Of a stretch of DNA of 64,000 nucleotides, positions 31,970 through 40,514 are shown piece by piece. Origin of the DNA: an uncultured virus (IMG/VR IMGVR_UViG_3300006879_000002) (taxonomy: Duplodnaviria > Heunggongvirae > Uroviricota > Caudoviricetes); the IMG/VR virus record IMGVR_UViG_3300006879_000002; one strand, written 5' to 3'. The position numbers and the translations under genes are program-made. Under the pieces are notes generated by a model, which saw only the letters and a list, made by a program, of their open reading frames with translations, did no database searches and was not told the DNA's origin. How positions within the stretch are numbered: the first letter of the stretch is position 1; every line of letters starts with the position of its first letter.

Positions 31970-33889
31970 GTGGTAGACATCAGCCTGACAGACAGCCAAA
32001 AGATTGGGATCGTCGGTTCTGACACGACGACCGAACAGATATCAGTTGATCTCACGTCACATGCACGCACCCGATCAACGAACGGGCGCATGGTCATCAT
32101 CGCACCCGAAGATGCAAACAACGAGGCCGAATACGCCATCGGGACAGTCGCTGGCGTCACCAACCGGAACCGCTACCACGAGGACCCGGCACTCCGAGGG
32201 ATCATCGCCAACAGGGGCGGGATCGGGAACCTGACAGGACGCGCGGACATTAAGACCGCGAAGATCGACGTGCAGGCAGCCTTCCGCGCAAATGGGGGCG
32301 GAGTCCGGGCCATCGGCGGCAGCATGTCGTTCGCTCCCGACACGGGGGAGGGGGTCTACCTGCTGGACTCCCGCACGGTGCGCGAGCTCGCGGAGGGAGT
32401 TACGCGAGACCTGTTCTACCTAGGCACGATGTACCGCCAAGCCGACGTCCCGCTGCCGATGAGCGTGGGGGACTTCGCCTCAGCTCGTGGCGGCTCCAGC
32501 GCAGCATTCTTCGGTCCATCAGGGTCGGGGAAGACGTATGCGGCAACATCGTATGTGGCATCCCAGATGCGGCACACCCGAATGGGCGTCCTCCTGGTGG
32601 ACCCCCAAGGGCAGTTCACGACCGACTCGAAGGTGCGCCGTGAACTCCCGCTGGACCTGCGAGCGTTGGCTGACGCTCAAGGGCGTGATGTGCGGCAGTT
32701 GTCGGTGTCGCGGGAGGTGCGGCTGCCGGAGGAGGCGGAGATGTTCGTATCCATGCTGGGGAGTACGAGGTTTTTCTACGCCAACGACATGCTCGGGACG
32801 ACAACGAAGTCGAAGGACGTGCAGGAACTGGTGGCGACGTGGCTGGCGGACCAGCCGCATTGGAGCGATAAGAGTTCGGACGAGCTGCTGGACATGCTTG
32901 TTGAGCACCTGATGGCTCTGGCTCGCACGGGCTCGATTTTTTCGGGCATCAAGGAGCCGGAGGAAGGGGAGACCGAGTTGCCGGTCTCGACCAAGCCAGC
33001 CAATCGGCTGTACCACAACCTGCGGTCGGTGCTGTATCCGGAGGCGTACGAGCAGGATGAGGGCCGCGACGGGCGGGCAAGGAGGCGGGCGCTGTTGAGT
33101 CTGTTCGACCCGTTCTTGAACCTGTTCAGTTCGCAGGGGCCTGATGGGTCGTCGAAGCGCAGGAAGATCACGGAGATCGCGCACGAGGTCACGGACACGG
33201 ACATTGGCACGGCGGGGAACCGGAAGCCGAGGCCGCTGTTCGTGCTGACGATGGCGGACCGGGTGAGCGGGAAGAATCGGGCGGAGAACGTGACAGCGAA
33301 GGCGCTGGCGACGACGAAGACCCAGGGCGTGATCCTGCGGGCGGTGCTGTCGGCGGTGGAGCGGGTCGCGCAGTGGCGGTATCAGGAGACTGATTCCCCG
33401 GCGAATGTGCTGGTGGCAGTCGACGAAGCGGCCCGATATACCAGCGTACAAGCCCGGAGGGGGGACCAGCAGGAGCTCGTTGAAGACATGGCGCGCTACT
33501 TCCGTGAACTGCGCAAGTACGCCGTCGGGTTCGTGCTGATACTGCAAGAGCCATCGGCCCTGGACGAGTCGATCTGGAAGCAGTTGCGTAACGGATTCCG
33601 AGCATTCGCCGGAGGTCTCGTCGGTAACGACCTGGAGAAGGTCCGCGAGCAGATCGGGGCCGGGGGAGCGATGCGCTTGTATGAACAGCTGGCCCAGCCG
33701 AGCAAGGACAACCCCGTCTACCCGTTCATGCTGTGCGGCTCATTCTCGCCACTGGCAGCCACGTCCAGTCCGCTGTTCATGGAGACGTTCTCCGGGCGTG
33801 GGTCCAGCGAGCGGTGGGCGGAGGCCAACGCTTCGTGGCTACCGGGGGTGTTCAATGTGACCGACTTGTGGCATGGACGCAACTCATAA
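31970..33889 (+). CDS. herA: HerA-family ATPase (HAS barrel + P-loop)
   Basis: N-terminal KIGIVG beta barrel, FGPSGSGKT, LVDPQGQF, VAVDEAA, ELRKYAVGFVLILQEPS. Confidence 0.88.
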   Translation: MVDISLTDSQKIGIVGSDTTTEQISVDLTSHARTRSTNGRMVIIAPEDANNEAEYAIGTVAGVTNRNRYHEDPALRGIIANRGGIGNLTGRADIKTAKIDVQAAFRANGGGVRAIGGSMSFAPDTGEGVYLLDSRTVRELAEGVTRDLFYLGTMYRQADVPLPMSVGDFASARGGSSAAFFGPSGSGKTYAATSYVASQMRHTRMGVLLVDPQGQFTTDSKVRRELPLDLRALADAQGRDVRQLSVSREVRLPEEAEMFVSMLGSTRFFYANDMLGTTTKSKDVQELVATWLADQPHWSDKSSDELLDMLVEHLMALARTGSIFSGIKEPEEGETELPVSTKPANRLYHNLRSVLYPEAYEQDEGRDGRARRRALLSLFDPFLNLFSSQGPDGSSKRRKITEIAHEVTDTDIGTAGNRKPRPLFVLTMADRVSGKNRAENVTAKALATTKTQGVILRAVLSAVERVAQWRYQETDSPANVLVAVDEAARYTSVQARRGDQQELVEDMARYFRELRKYAVGFVLILQEPSALDESIWKQLRNGFRAFAGGLVGNDLEKVREQIGAGGAMRLYEQLAQPSKDNPVYPFMLCGSFSPLAATSSPLFMETFSGRGSSERWAEANASWLPGVFNVTDLWHGRNS

Positions 33890-33910
33890 ATACGTGCTAG
33901 TGTGCTTAAT

Positions 33911-34735
33911 ATGACTAAGAAACAGACAATTAGACGGCAACTCATCCAATTGCTCGGGATGGCGGGAGTAGGGGCGTTAGCCCTGAGTGGTTGCACCGGG
34001 ATAGACGTTCCGGACACCCAGGAAGAGCCCGCCCCGTCGAGCGGTAGCCCCAGCGTGGAGCAGAGCAGCGGTCCCGGCGATGGAACAGGCGCACAAGAGC
34101 CCGAGGCCGAGCAAAGCACGGAACAAACCGACGACAGGAACGTGCTCTATAACGACCTGGAGATGGAGGAGGAAGAGGCCCGTTCCGCGCTGGAGGAATT
34201 GTCTGTGGAGCCTCCGCAGTCGATGGACGGGTACAGCAGAGATTCCTTCCCACACTGGCTCAGTGCAGGCGACTGGGGATGGGAGGACATCCCCTACGAC
34301 ACGGGCTGCGACACCCGAGAAGTGGCCCTATATCGCGATGCTGTCGATGTCGACATGGGCGAGGAAGAATGTGAAGTGCTCGATGGCACCTGGACTACCC
34401 CGTACACCGGTGAGACCGTGAGGGACTCAAGCGAGCTTGATATCGACCACATCGTGCCATTGGGTGCTGCGTTCCGTGCCGGTGCTGGAGACTGGGACGA
34501 AGAAAAACGGCGCGCCTACGCTAATTCCCCATTAGTGGTCGTGGTCTCGAGCGCCGCCGCGAACCGAGAGAAGGGCGACAAGGGGCCAGAGGTATGGCGC
34601 CCTGAGGATGAAAGCTCTTGGTGCGTTTACTCGATCCGCTGGATCGCCATCAAGGACGAGTTCGGGCTGGACTTGACCTCCGACGAGGAGCGCGAAGCCC
34701 TGACAGAGATGCTCGACACATGCGGTGGTGCGTGA
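33911..34735 (+). CDS. Lipoprotein HNH/His-Me nuclease (DUF1524-like)
   Basis: Lipobox LSGC; GYSRDSFPHW, CDTRE, LDIDHIVPL, ANREKGDK, C.YSIRWIAIK. Confidence 0.88.
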   Translation: MTKKQTIRRQLIQLLGMAGVGALALSGCTGIDVPDTQEEPAPSSGSPSVEQSSGPGDGTGAQEPEAEQSTEQTDDRNVLYNDLEMEEEEARSALEELSVEPPQSMDGYSRDSFPHWLSAGDWGWEDIPYDTGCDTREVALYRDAVDVDMGEEECEVLDGTWTTPYTGETVRDSSELDIDHIVPLGAAFRAGAGDWDEEKRRAYANSPLVVVVSSAAANREKGDKGPEVWRPEDESSWCVYSIRWIAIKDEFGLDLTSDEEREALTEMLDTCGGA

Positions 34736-34778
34736 TGAGAGGAACTGGCCGGGGAGGTGAAGCACGGTGGAGGTGACC

Positions 34779-35003
34779 ATGCGGGCGCCCACTCAGGGCA
34801 TTATGACCGTGGAGGTAGGAGCGATTACAGGCGACGTTGTTGTTGGAGTGGTCCCGTCCCGCAAGGGGCTGCATGTGACTGCGGCGTACGTAGGGGCTAA
34901 GGACGTCTACACGGTCGAAGGAAGCCCGACGACTACCGTGAAGACTGCCGAAGAGGTGGTACGGAAGTTGACGATGGAAGGGAAGCGGGCAACGCGTCTC
35001 TGA
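34779..35003 (+). CDS. Small hypothetical protein
   Basis: GGAGG RBS before ATG. Confidence 0.55.
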   Translation: MRAPTQGIMTVEVGAITGDVVVGVVPSRKGLHVTAAYVGAKDVYTVEGSPTTTVKTAEEVVRKLTMEGKRATRL

Positions 35004-35049
35004 CATAGATATGGGGTGATGTGAGATCACATCACCCCATATCTATGTC
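35002..35049. repeat. 48-bp near-perfect palindrome (23-bp arms, 2-nt centre) between convergent genes
   Basis: GACATAGATATGGGGTGATGTGA-GA-TCACATCACCCCATATCTATGTC. Confidence 0.85.
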
Positions 35050-35060
35050 GCCCACTCGGT

Positions 35061-35504
35061 CTAGAACGGAGCAATAGACGCCCGGATGACACTCCCGGGG
35101 TCGTTCGGAATACGCTGCGGGCTCCGGCCAGGCGACAGGGCCGGGTTCTCTGCTGACTCAAGGGCCTGCCGCTCCGCCTCCACAGGCTGAACTCCGCGCA
35201 CGATCTGGCGTTGCCACTCACGGTGCCAGCGGCTGTACTCCGAGGTGTCGAGCCCCGACGGTGGGGGCGGCTGCACGGCGCGAGCAAGGCGCTGCTGCAT
35301 GATGTAGCGACAGACCTGCCGCACGTGCGCAGGAGAGGGGTAGGACTCGTCCTCAGCGATCATGCGTCGCACCGCTTCTTTGAATACGGGTGTCTCGACA
35401 TCCTTCATCGCATCCCACCAGTACCCCCAGGTGTCCTCGTCAACGGTGAGGTTCCGGGCAGAGATGAGCTTGTTGAACAGGAAGTCGAACTCGTCTGGCG
35501 TCAT
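35061..35504 (-). CDS. Putative helicase loader/inhibitor (G39P-like)
   Basis: MTPDEF..L...TWGYWWDAMKDV....KEAVRR.......PSPAHVR pattern. Confidence 0.6.
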   Translation of the reverse strand: MTPDEFDFLFNKLISARNLTVDEDTWGYWWDAMKDVETPVFKEAVRRMIAEDESYPSPAHVRQVCRYIMQQRLARAVQPPPPSGLDTSEYSRWHREWQRQIVRGVQPVEAERQALESAENPALSPGRSPQRIPNDPGSVIRASIAPF

Positions 35505-36025
35505 AGTCGTTCCTCCTGACGCTTGAGCGCGGCGTGACGTTCCCGCCACCCCATTTGTGCTTGGGCGTTAGCAACCTTGCGCTGCTCTTGCTTGGATGCG
35601 GGCGGTGGGGCGGCAGTGGTGTACTGCCGCAGTGCCGATACAGCGCTTCTGAACTCGTCCTGAAACCGGCGAGCCTCTGGCGTGGAATCGGCCATAAGTT
35701 TGTACGCCAGCGCCTCCAGGTGCGCGGGGGACAGGAGGGGGTTGTCGAACCACCGAACGGTCCAGATCGTCAGCGCTTGCTTGATGTGGTTGGTGTTGTA
35801 CCCGGCATGGATAAGAGCCTTCACATGCTTTGCCAGCCGTCCCGCCATCGTCTGCGGCACGGGAGCCCCGGTGCGTTCGTGCAGATACCCGCTCCACTCC
35901 CTAATGATGTCTTGGGCGGTATGCCCGTCGGGGGTGGCGACCTTCTTGGTCTCGGACTTGCGCCGGGGGGTTACTGCCCCCAACTGGTTGATGGGGATGA
36001 GTGCCGAGTCCTCTTCCGTGCTCAT
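35501..36025 (-). CDS. Hypothetical protein resembling C-terminal domains of phage replication initiators
   Basis: AQDII.EW...GRLAKHVKALI.AG....IKQAL..W; overlaps the loader gene by 4 nt. Confidence 0.55.
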   Translation of the reverse strand: MSTEEDSALIPINQLGAVTPRRKSETKKVATPDGHTAQDIIREWSGYLHERTGAPVPQTMAGRLAKHVKALIHAGYNTNHIKQALTIWTVRWFDNPLLSPAHLEALAYKLMADSTPEARRFQDEFRSAVSALRQYTTAAPPPASKQEQRKVANAQAQMGWRERHAALKRQEERL

Positions 36026-36027
36026 CG

Positions 36028-36375
36028 TCACTTCCTTCCCTCCTGGGCGAAGGGGTCTTCCACTTCGACGGTCAAGTTGCCAAGGCGGCGACGCAGGGTG
36101 TTGACCGACATTCCTAAGGCCGCAGACAGTCTGCGCAGGGAAGCTCCGGAGGACCCCTGGTAGGCGGTGAGGGCCAGCAGCTCGGCGTGCACCTGGGCGA
36201 GGTCACGGACTTGGGCTGCGAGGCGAACCATTTCGACGTGGGCGTGCCCGGGGTTCTTGCCGGGGTTCTCCATTAGGAGCGACAGGGAGTCGAGCGCGCG
36301 GGTTGCTTCAGTGACGAGCGTGGACGCCTGCTGCGTCATTGCTGTCGATTGCTCGCGGGTTGCGCTGGCTGCCAT
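36028..36375 (-). CDS. HTH DNA-binding protein
   Basis: GASLRRLSAALGMSVNTLRRRL; leaderless start after TGCTACACT. Confidence 0.72.
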   Translation of the reverse strand: MAASATREQSTAMTQQASTLVTEATRALDSLSLLMENPGKNPGHAHVEMVRLAAQVRDLAQVHAELLALTAYQGSSGASLRRLSAALGMSVNTLRRRLGNLTVEVEDPFAQEGRK

Positions 36376-36666
36376 GGGTCCAGTGTAGCAGTCATTTGTG
36401 CGCTATGGACGAGTCAACACAAACACAAGCATGTATCAGACTGGATACACGAGAATGACCGAAGATGGTCTGGCATGGGCTCATGGGCGACCGGCACGCG
36501 TTCCTCAGGAGCGTCGAGCGTCAGGCGTGAAAACCCCATTACGGCAGGCAAAACAGACACACCCGTTGTGTGGCTAGGGTGACGGCATTTGCTTCGCAAG
36601 TGCTACTATGAGAGGCGTGCAGGAACTCTGCGCCATCCACTTCGACCAGAGGAAGCGAGAACTCCG

Positions 36667-37803
36667 GTGCCCGAACAGTCCTCATTTCCGGACCCATGGG
36701 TAGACGTGGCCCCGGACGAGGCCCCCTTCCCGTCGCCGCAACCGCAGGAACGGGAAGAGACGCCGTTGCCGCCACCGAAGACCCACTCCCGCCGTGCGCT
36801 CCGTGGCCCGGCTCCCACAGTGCGGCGTGACCCCACACGTACTGAGCAGATGCTGGAACGCATCAATACCACAGATGGTCGTGGCGAACGCCCAGAGAAG
36901 GGGCTGCGACGGTTCGTGTATTCCCTGACGAACGGGCGCGTGAATCCGGGCCTGAGCAAGGATGAGCAAGTACGGCATTCGCTGATCCGAACTCTCACGG
37001 CCCCGCTGCCATCCGGTCGCGTTTACTATATCGGTTGCTTCACGCAAAAAGGGGGCCTAGGCAAGACAACTACGGCCACGGCACTCGGGGCAATGATGGC
37101 CACACACCGCAACGACAAGGTGTTGGGCCTCGACGTGAACCCCGACGGAGGGTCGATGGCCCTGCGGGTCCCGCAAACCAGCGAGTACACGATCCTGGAC
37201 CTAAGGGACGAGTTACTGCGACGAGACCTGAGCCCCATGGAGTTCGACGGGTTCGTCAACCACAACCCCACAACCCGCTTCGACGCCATCGTGATGCCCC
37301 CCGGGGAAAAACCCTCGAGCCCCCTGAGCGCAGAAGACTTCCGCATGATCGCCAACGGGCTACACGAGAAGTATCCGTACCGGATCGTCCTCGTGGACTG
37401 TGGCACCGACTTGACCAGCTCGGTTATGGACAGCGTGATACCTCGCCTGGACTTGCTCGTGACCGTATCGACCACCATCCGCGACGAAGCAGCCGTCACC
37501 CTCGGAGGCCTAGACGCCCTATCCAAGGACGGCTACGAGGACCTCGTATCCAACTCGGTGACGATGATGGTGCACAAGCAGCTCAACGATCCTGACGTGC
37601 AAGAGCAGCGCCGTATTGACAGGGAGACCCGCGAAATCCGCTCCTGGTTCCGCGACACCACAAGCGCAGTCATCGACGTCCCTTACGATTCGACGCTGCG
37701 CAGGGGTGGAGTGATCGACCTGAACAGCCTCACCGAAGAAACCCAGATGGCCTACCTTCGCGGGGGAGCGGAGATCACCACATCCCTCGCTCAACTCAGG
37801 TGA
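36667..37803 (+). CDS. MinD/ParA-family ATPase with Pro-rich N-terminus
   Basis: Deviant Walker A QKGGLGKTT, LDVNPDGG, LVDCGT, VPYD. Confidence 0.88.
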   Translation: MPEQSSFPDPWVDVAPDEAPFPSPQPQEREETPLPPPKTHSRRALRGPAPTVRRDPTRTEQMLERINTTDGRGERPEKGLRRFVYSLTNGRVNPGLSKDEQVRHSLIRTLTAPLPSGRVYYIGCFTQKGGLGKTTTATALGAMMATHRNDKVLGLDVNPDGGSMALRVPQTSEYTILDLRDELLRRDLSPMEFDGFVNHNPTTRFDAIVMPPGEKPSSPLSAEDFRMIANGLHEKYPYRIVLVDCGTDLTSSVMDSVIPRLDLLVTVSTTIRDEAAVTLGGLDALSKDGYEDLVSNSVTMMVHKQLNDPDVQEQRRIDRETREIRSWFRDTTSAVIDVPYDSTLRRGGVIDLNSLTEETQMAYLRGGAEITTSLAQLR

Positions 37804-37812
37804 GCGCCACCA

Positions 37813-38169
37813 ATGAAGTCCCCTAAGGCAACCGACCGAACGTCCTCGGTCGTGCTGCGCCTTGGGGCCAACACGAAACTTGAACTGCGCGTCGGGTCGG
37901 TGGTGCTCGTGCGGGATTACCCGAACGACAGCTTTGGAGCCGTAGTGTCCTCCATCAGAGGCGCACAGGTGCGGTTGACGTTCACACCAGAAGGCAAGCC
38001 ACGCCAAGTCCCGGCAGGCATGATCCTCAGTGTCCACTCCAGTCACGCAGACCAACTTGACCCACGCAGGCTCCCCAAGAATCAGCCGCCCCCTACGAAA
38101 CTGCCGCGTAAGCGCAAGGCAGGCCGCCCCACGAACAAAGAAGCACCGCAGACCCAAAAGGTGCTATAA
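37813..38169 (+). CDS. Basic hypothetical protein (possible SH3-like barrel)
   Basis: ORF follows the ParA-like gene; beta-rich core and basic tail. Confidence 0.5.
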   Translation: MKSPKATDRTSSVVLRLGANTKLELRVGSVVLVRDYPNDSFGAVVSSIRGAQVRLTFTPEGKPRQVPAGMILSVHSSHADQLDPRRLPKNQPPPTKLPRKRKAGRPTNKEAPQTQKVL

Positions 38170-38240
38170 TAGGAGCGTTTCCAGGACAGTTCTGCCTGAG
38201 CCGACCGCGATACCCGTCAAGGAAGGCAAGGCAACCAATA

Positions 38241-39386
38241 ATGTGTAGGGCCTGTGGGGACACCCCAGATGGCCAGGGACGCCGCTGCTCTCGCCAAGAC
38301 GGATTCACCTCCACCGAGGCAGAACAACGCAACCGCTCGCGGAACCTGGACGGTGCAGCACAATCCCTCGCTAATGGGGACATCCAAAGCGCCGCGAACC
38401 ACTTCGCCAACGCCAGCCACGCGCAACGCGAACTGGACGGAGCTAGCCCCTATCCGCAAACAACCCCCGCGACGGTGCCGCCGCCCTACCGTGATGCGAT
38501 TATTAGCCCCTCGGAGGTCAGCACAGCCGAGGACCGCCTGAATCAGATCAACCAGCAGCGAGCAGCAGAAGGGAAGACGCCGCTGCATGTCGAGGTCACC
38601 CGTCAGACGCGCCCAGACGAGCATGACCCGGTAATGATCTGGGAGCGAGCCACGGCACGAATCTCTGGCGCGAGCGAAGAAGAGTTGCAGGACATTGACC
38701 TGACCAACGTCGCCGCCGAACCGGAGAAGAAAGCCCGAACCGAAGCCGTGCTGGCTGCCACCATGGCGATCACCCGCATCGACAGCGCTGGCGAGTACGT
38801 CTCGCGCAACGAGGGGGGAGGCGACTCCACCCCAGCGCGGGCGATCCAGTACGTCAACGATGCCCCTGGTGGAGAACTGCGGACGCGGTATGCCCCAACC
38901 TCGAAAGACTTCCAAAAAGCCCGCAATGTGCGGGCTTGGGCGCGCACCGTCCAACCGACCAATGACTATATGCAGGCGATGCGTAGTTTTGTGGGTGCTG
39001 AACAACTGGGGCCTCGTGGGATCGGAACAGCAGCGAGCGCCGTTGCCGCATACAACAGCTCTGTCTCGACCTCACAAGGGAGGGGGAGCGGGTTGGGAGC
39101 CGCGAAGGGGTCGCGGTGGCTGAACACCCCCGGGGACAAGATCATGGTCACTGGCCGAGTGGAGCAGGTAACGCCGGTATTCCACGAGAAGCGTTGGGAC
39201 CCGCGGCACCTCTACATCATTCGCACCCCTGAGGGTGATGCGGTCAAGTGGCTTCCTTCGGATTTCCGGGGGTTCCGCATGGGGGAGGAGGTCACCCTTC
39301 GGGGGGTTGTGAAGCAGCACTTGACGTTCCGTGGGGAGAGGCAGACGGAGATGTATTACTGCACTCCCCAGATTCATAACGCCTGA
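38241..39386 (+). CDS. MCR..G-RRC-leader protein with C-terminal OB-fold-like domain
   Basis: MCRACGDTPDGQGRRCS; tail WL..PGDKI...YIIRTPEG.AVKW...VTLRGVVKQH..FRGERQT. Confidence 0.72.
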   Translation: MCRACGDTPDGQGRRCSRQDGFTSTEAEQRNRSRNLDGAAQSLANGDIQSAANHFANASHAQRELDGASPYPQTTPATVPPPYRDAIISPSEVSTAEDRLNQINQQRAAEGKTPLHVEVTRQTRPDEHDPVMIWERATARISGASEEELQDIDLTNVAAEPEKKARTEAVLAATMAITRIDSAGEYVSRNEGGGDSTPARAIQYVNDAPGGELRTRYAPTSKDFQKARNVRAWARTVQPTNDYMQAMRSFVGAEQLGPRGIGTAASAVAAYNSSVSTSQGRGSGLGAAKGSRWLNTPGDKIMVTGRVEQVTPVFHEKRWDPRHLYIIRTPEGDAVKWLPSDFRGFRMGEEVTLRGVVKQHLTFRGERQTEMYYCTPQIHNA

Positions 39387-39466
39387 CGCCGCCGCCGTCG
39401 ACGGCGTTTGTGCCGCCTGCGCTGGGTGCTATAGTGAAATGAGCTAGTCAGATAGGAGATTCCACT

Positions 39467-40057
39467 GTGGCAGCGGCGATCCCCGGGACCATAGAGGATT
39501 ACGGGTCCTCGGAAGTGCGGGCGAAGATCAATAGTGCACTGAACCAGATCAAGTGGGCGCTTGCCTACATGCGCGAGGTGCAGGAGGTGAAGTTGCCTGC
39601 CGCCATGCACATGTTGGCTGCCGTTAAGCAGCTGCGACGTTTCGCCTCCTCATTGGAGAGGGTGGTTGATGAGGCTGCTCTGGCGGAGATGCAGATGGAG
39701 CAAGTCGAGTATTTCGCTGGAGAGGGGTTTGAAGCAGTGCTGCACCAGGGCGGACACCGCGTGGAGTGGCAGCACGAGTCGGTGTTGAACGAGTTGTGTG
39801 ATCGGTTCGTCAGTTCTCACCGGGATCGGTTCCCGGATATGCCCGAGCGCACGTTGCGCCGGGTGGCCCAGGCGGCGATGGAAGAGGTCTCTGCGGCGGG
39901 TCGGGTGGAATGGCGCTCGACATCGCTACGCGCCCAGGGGATCGACCCCGATGAGTTCTCGGTGAAGGTTCCTGGGGCTGCTTCGGTGCAATTGACCGGG
40001 CAGGCGTCGTACGCGGACAGGCCCAGCCAGCGGCAGGTTGTTTGCCATGATCGTTGA
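39467..40057 (+). CDS. Hypothetical protein
   Basis: AGGAG RBS, TGCTATAGT promoter. Confidence 0.65.
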   Translation: MAAAIPGTIEDYGSSEVRAKINSALNQIKWALAYMREVQEVKLPAAMHMLAAVKQLRRFASSLERVVDEAALAEMQMEQVEYFAGEGFEAVLHQGGHRVEWQHESVLNELCDRFVSSHRDRFPDMPERTLRRVAQAAMEEVSAAGRVEWRSTSLRAQGIDPDEFSVKVPGAASVQLTGQASYADRPSQRQVVCHDR

Positions 40058-40514
40058 TCTGTCGTTTTGGCAGGAGTACGGCCCGTTGATGATCACGGGA
40101 AGTGCTGGGGCCGTGGTGGCGTTGCTGTTGTTGACTGTCGGCGGAGGGGCGGCCCGCGGGTATGAGCGGATGATGGTGTCCTGCGTTGCGGAGTGGAAGA
40201 AGTTGTCCTCGAAGCGCAAGGTGAGCAGAGATGAGCGTTTGGGCAGGGCCAAGGAGTGGCAGGCCAAGGCGCAGCGAGCAAGACAGGTTCAAATCGCGGG
40301 CACCTACCTGATGGTGGTGGTGCCAGTGGTCGTTGGCGTCGGCCCGGTACTGGACCACATGGTCGAGTGGACCGTTGAGGAGCGCTGGGCAGTGACTGCT
40401 TTAGTGCTGCTGACGGTGTTGGTGGTGACTGGATATCTGGAACGTCGACATGCTTATGCGCGTCGGATTCGCATTCGCCAGGAGACTGATCTCGAGGAAG
40501 GGGACCTGGCCTAG
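40047..40514 (+). CDS. Three-TM membrane protein
   Basis: Hydrophobic segments; overlaps neighbouring genes. Confidence 0.6.
   Translation: MIVDLSFWQEYGPLMITGSAGAVVALLLLTVGGGAARGYERMMVSCVAEWKKLSSKRKVSRDERLGRAKEWQAKAQRARQVQIAGTYLMVVVPVVVGVGPVLDHMVEWTVEERWAVTALVLLTVLVVTGYLERRHAYARRIRIRQETDLEEGDLA

Noticed and set aside
32519..33547. Long antisense ORFs (also 5985-6848, 17991-19007, 43330-44229, 57707-58591)
   Set aside because: Shadows of well-supported genes, expected in high-GC DNA
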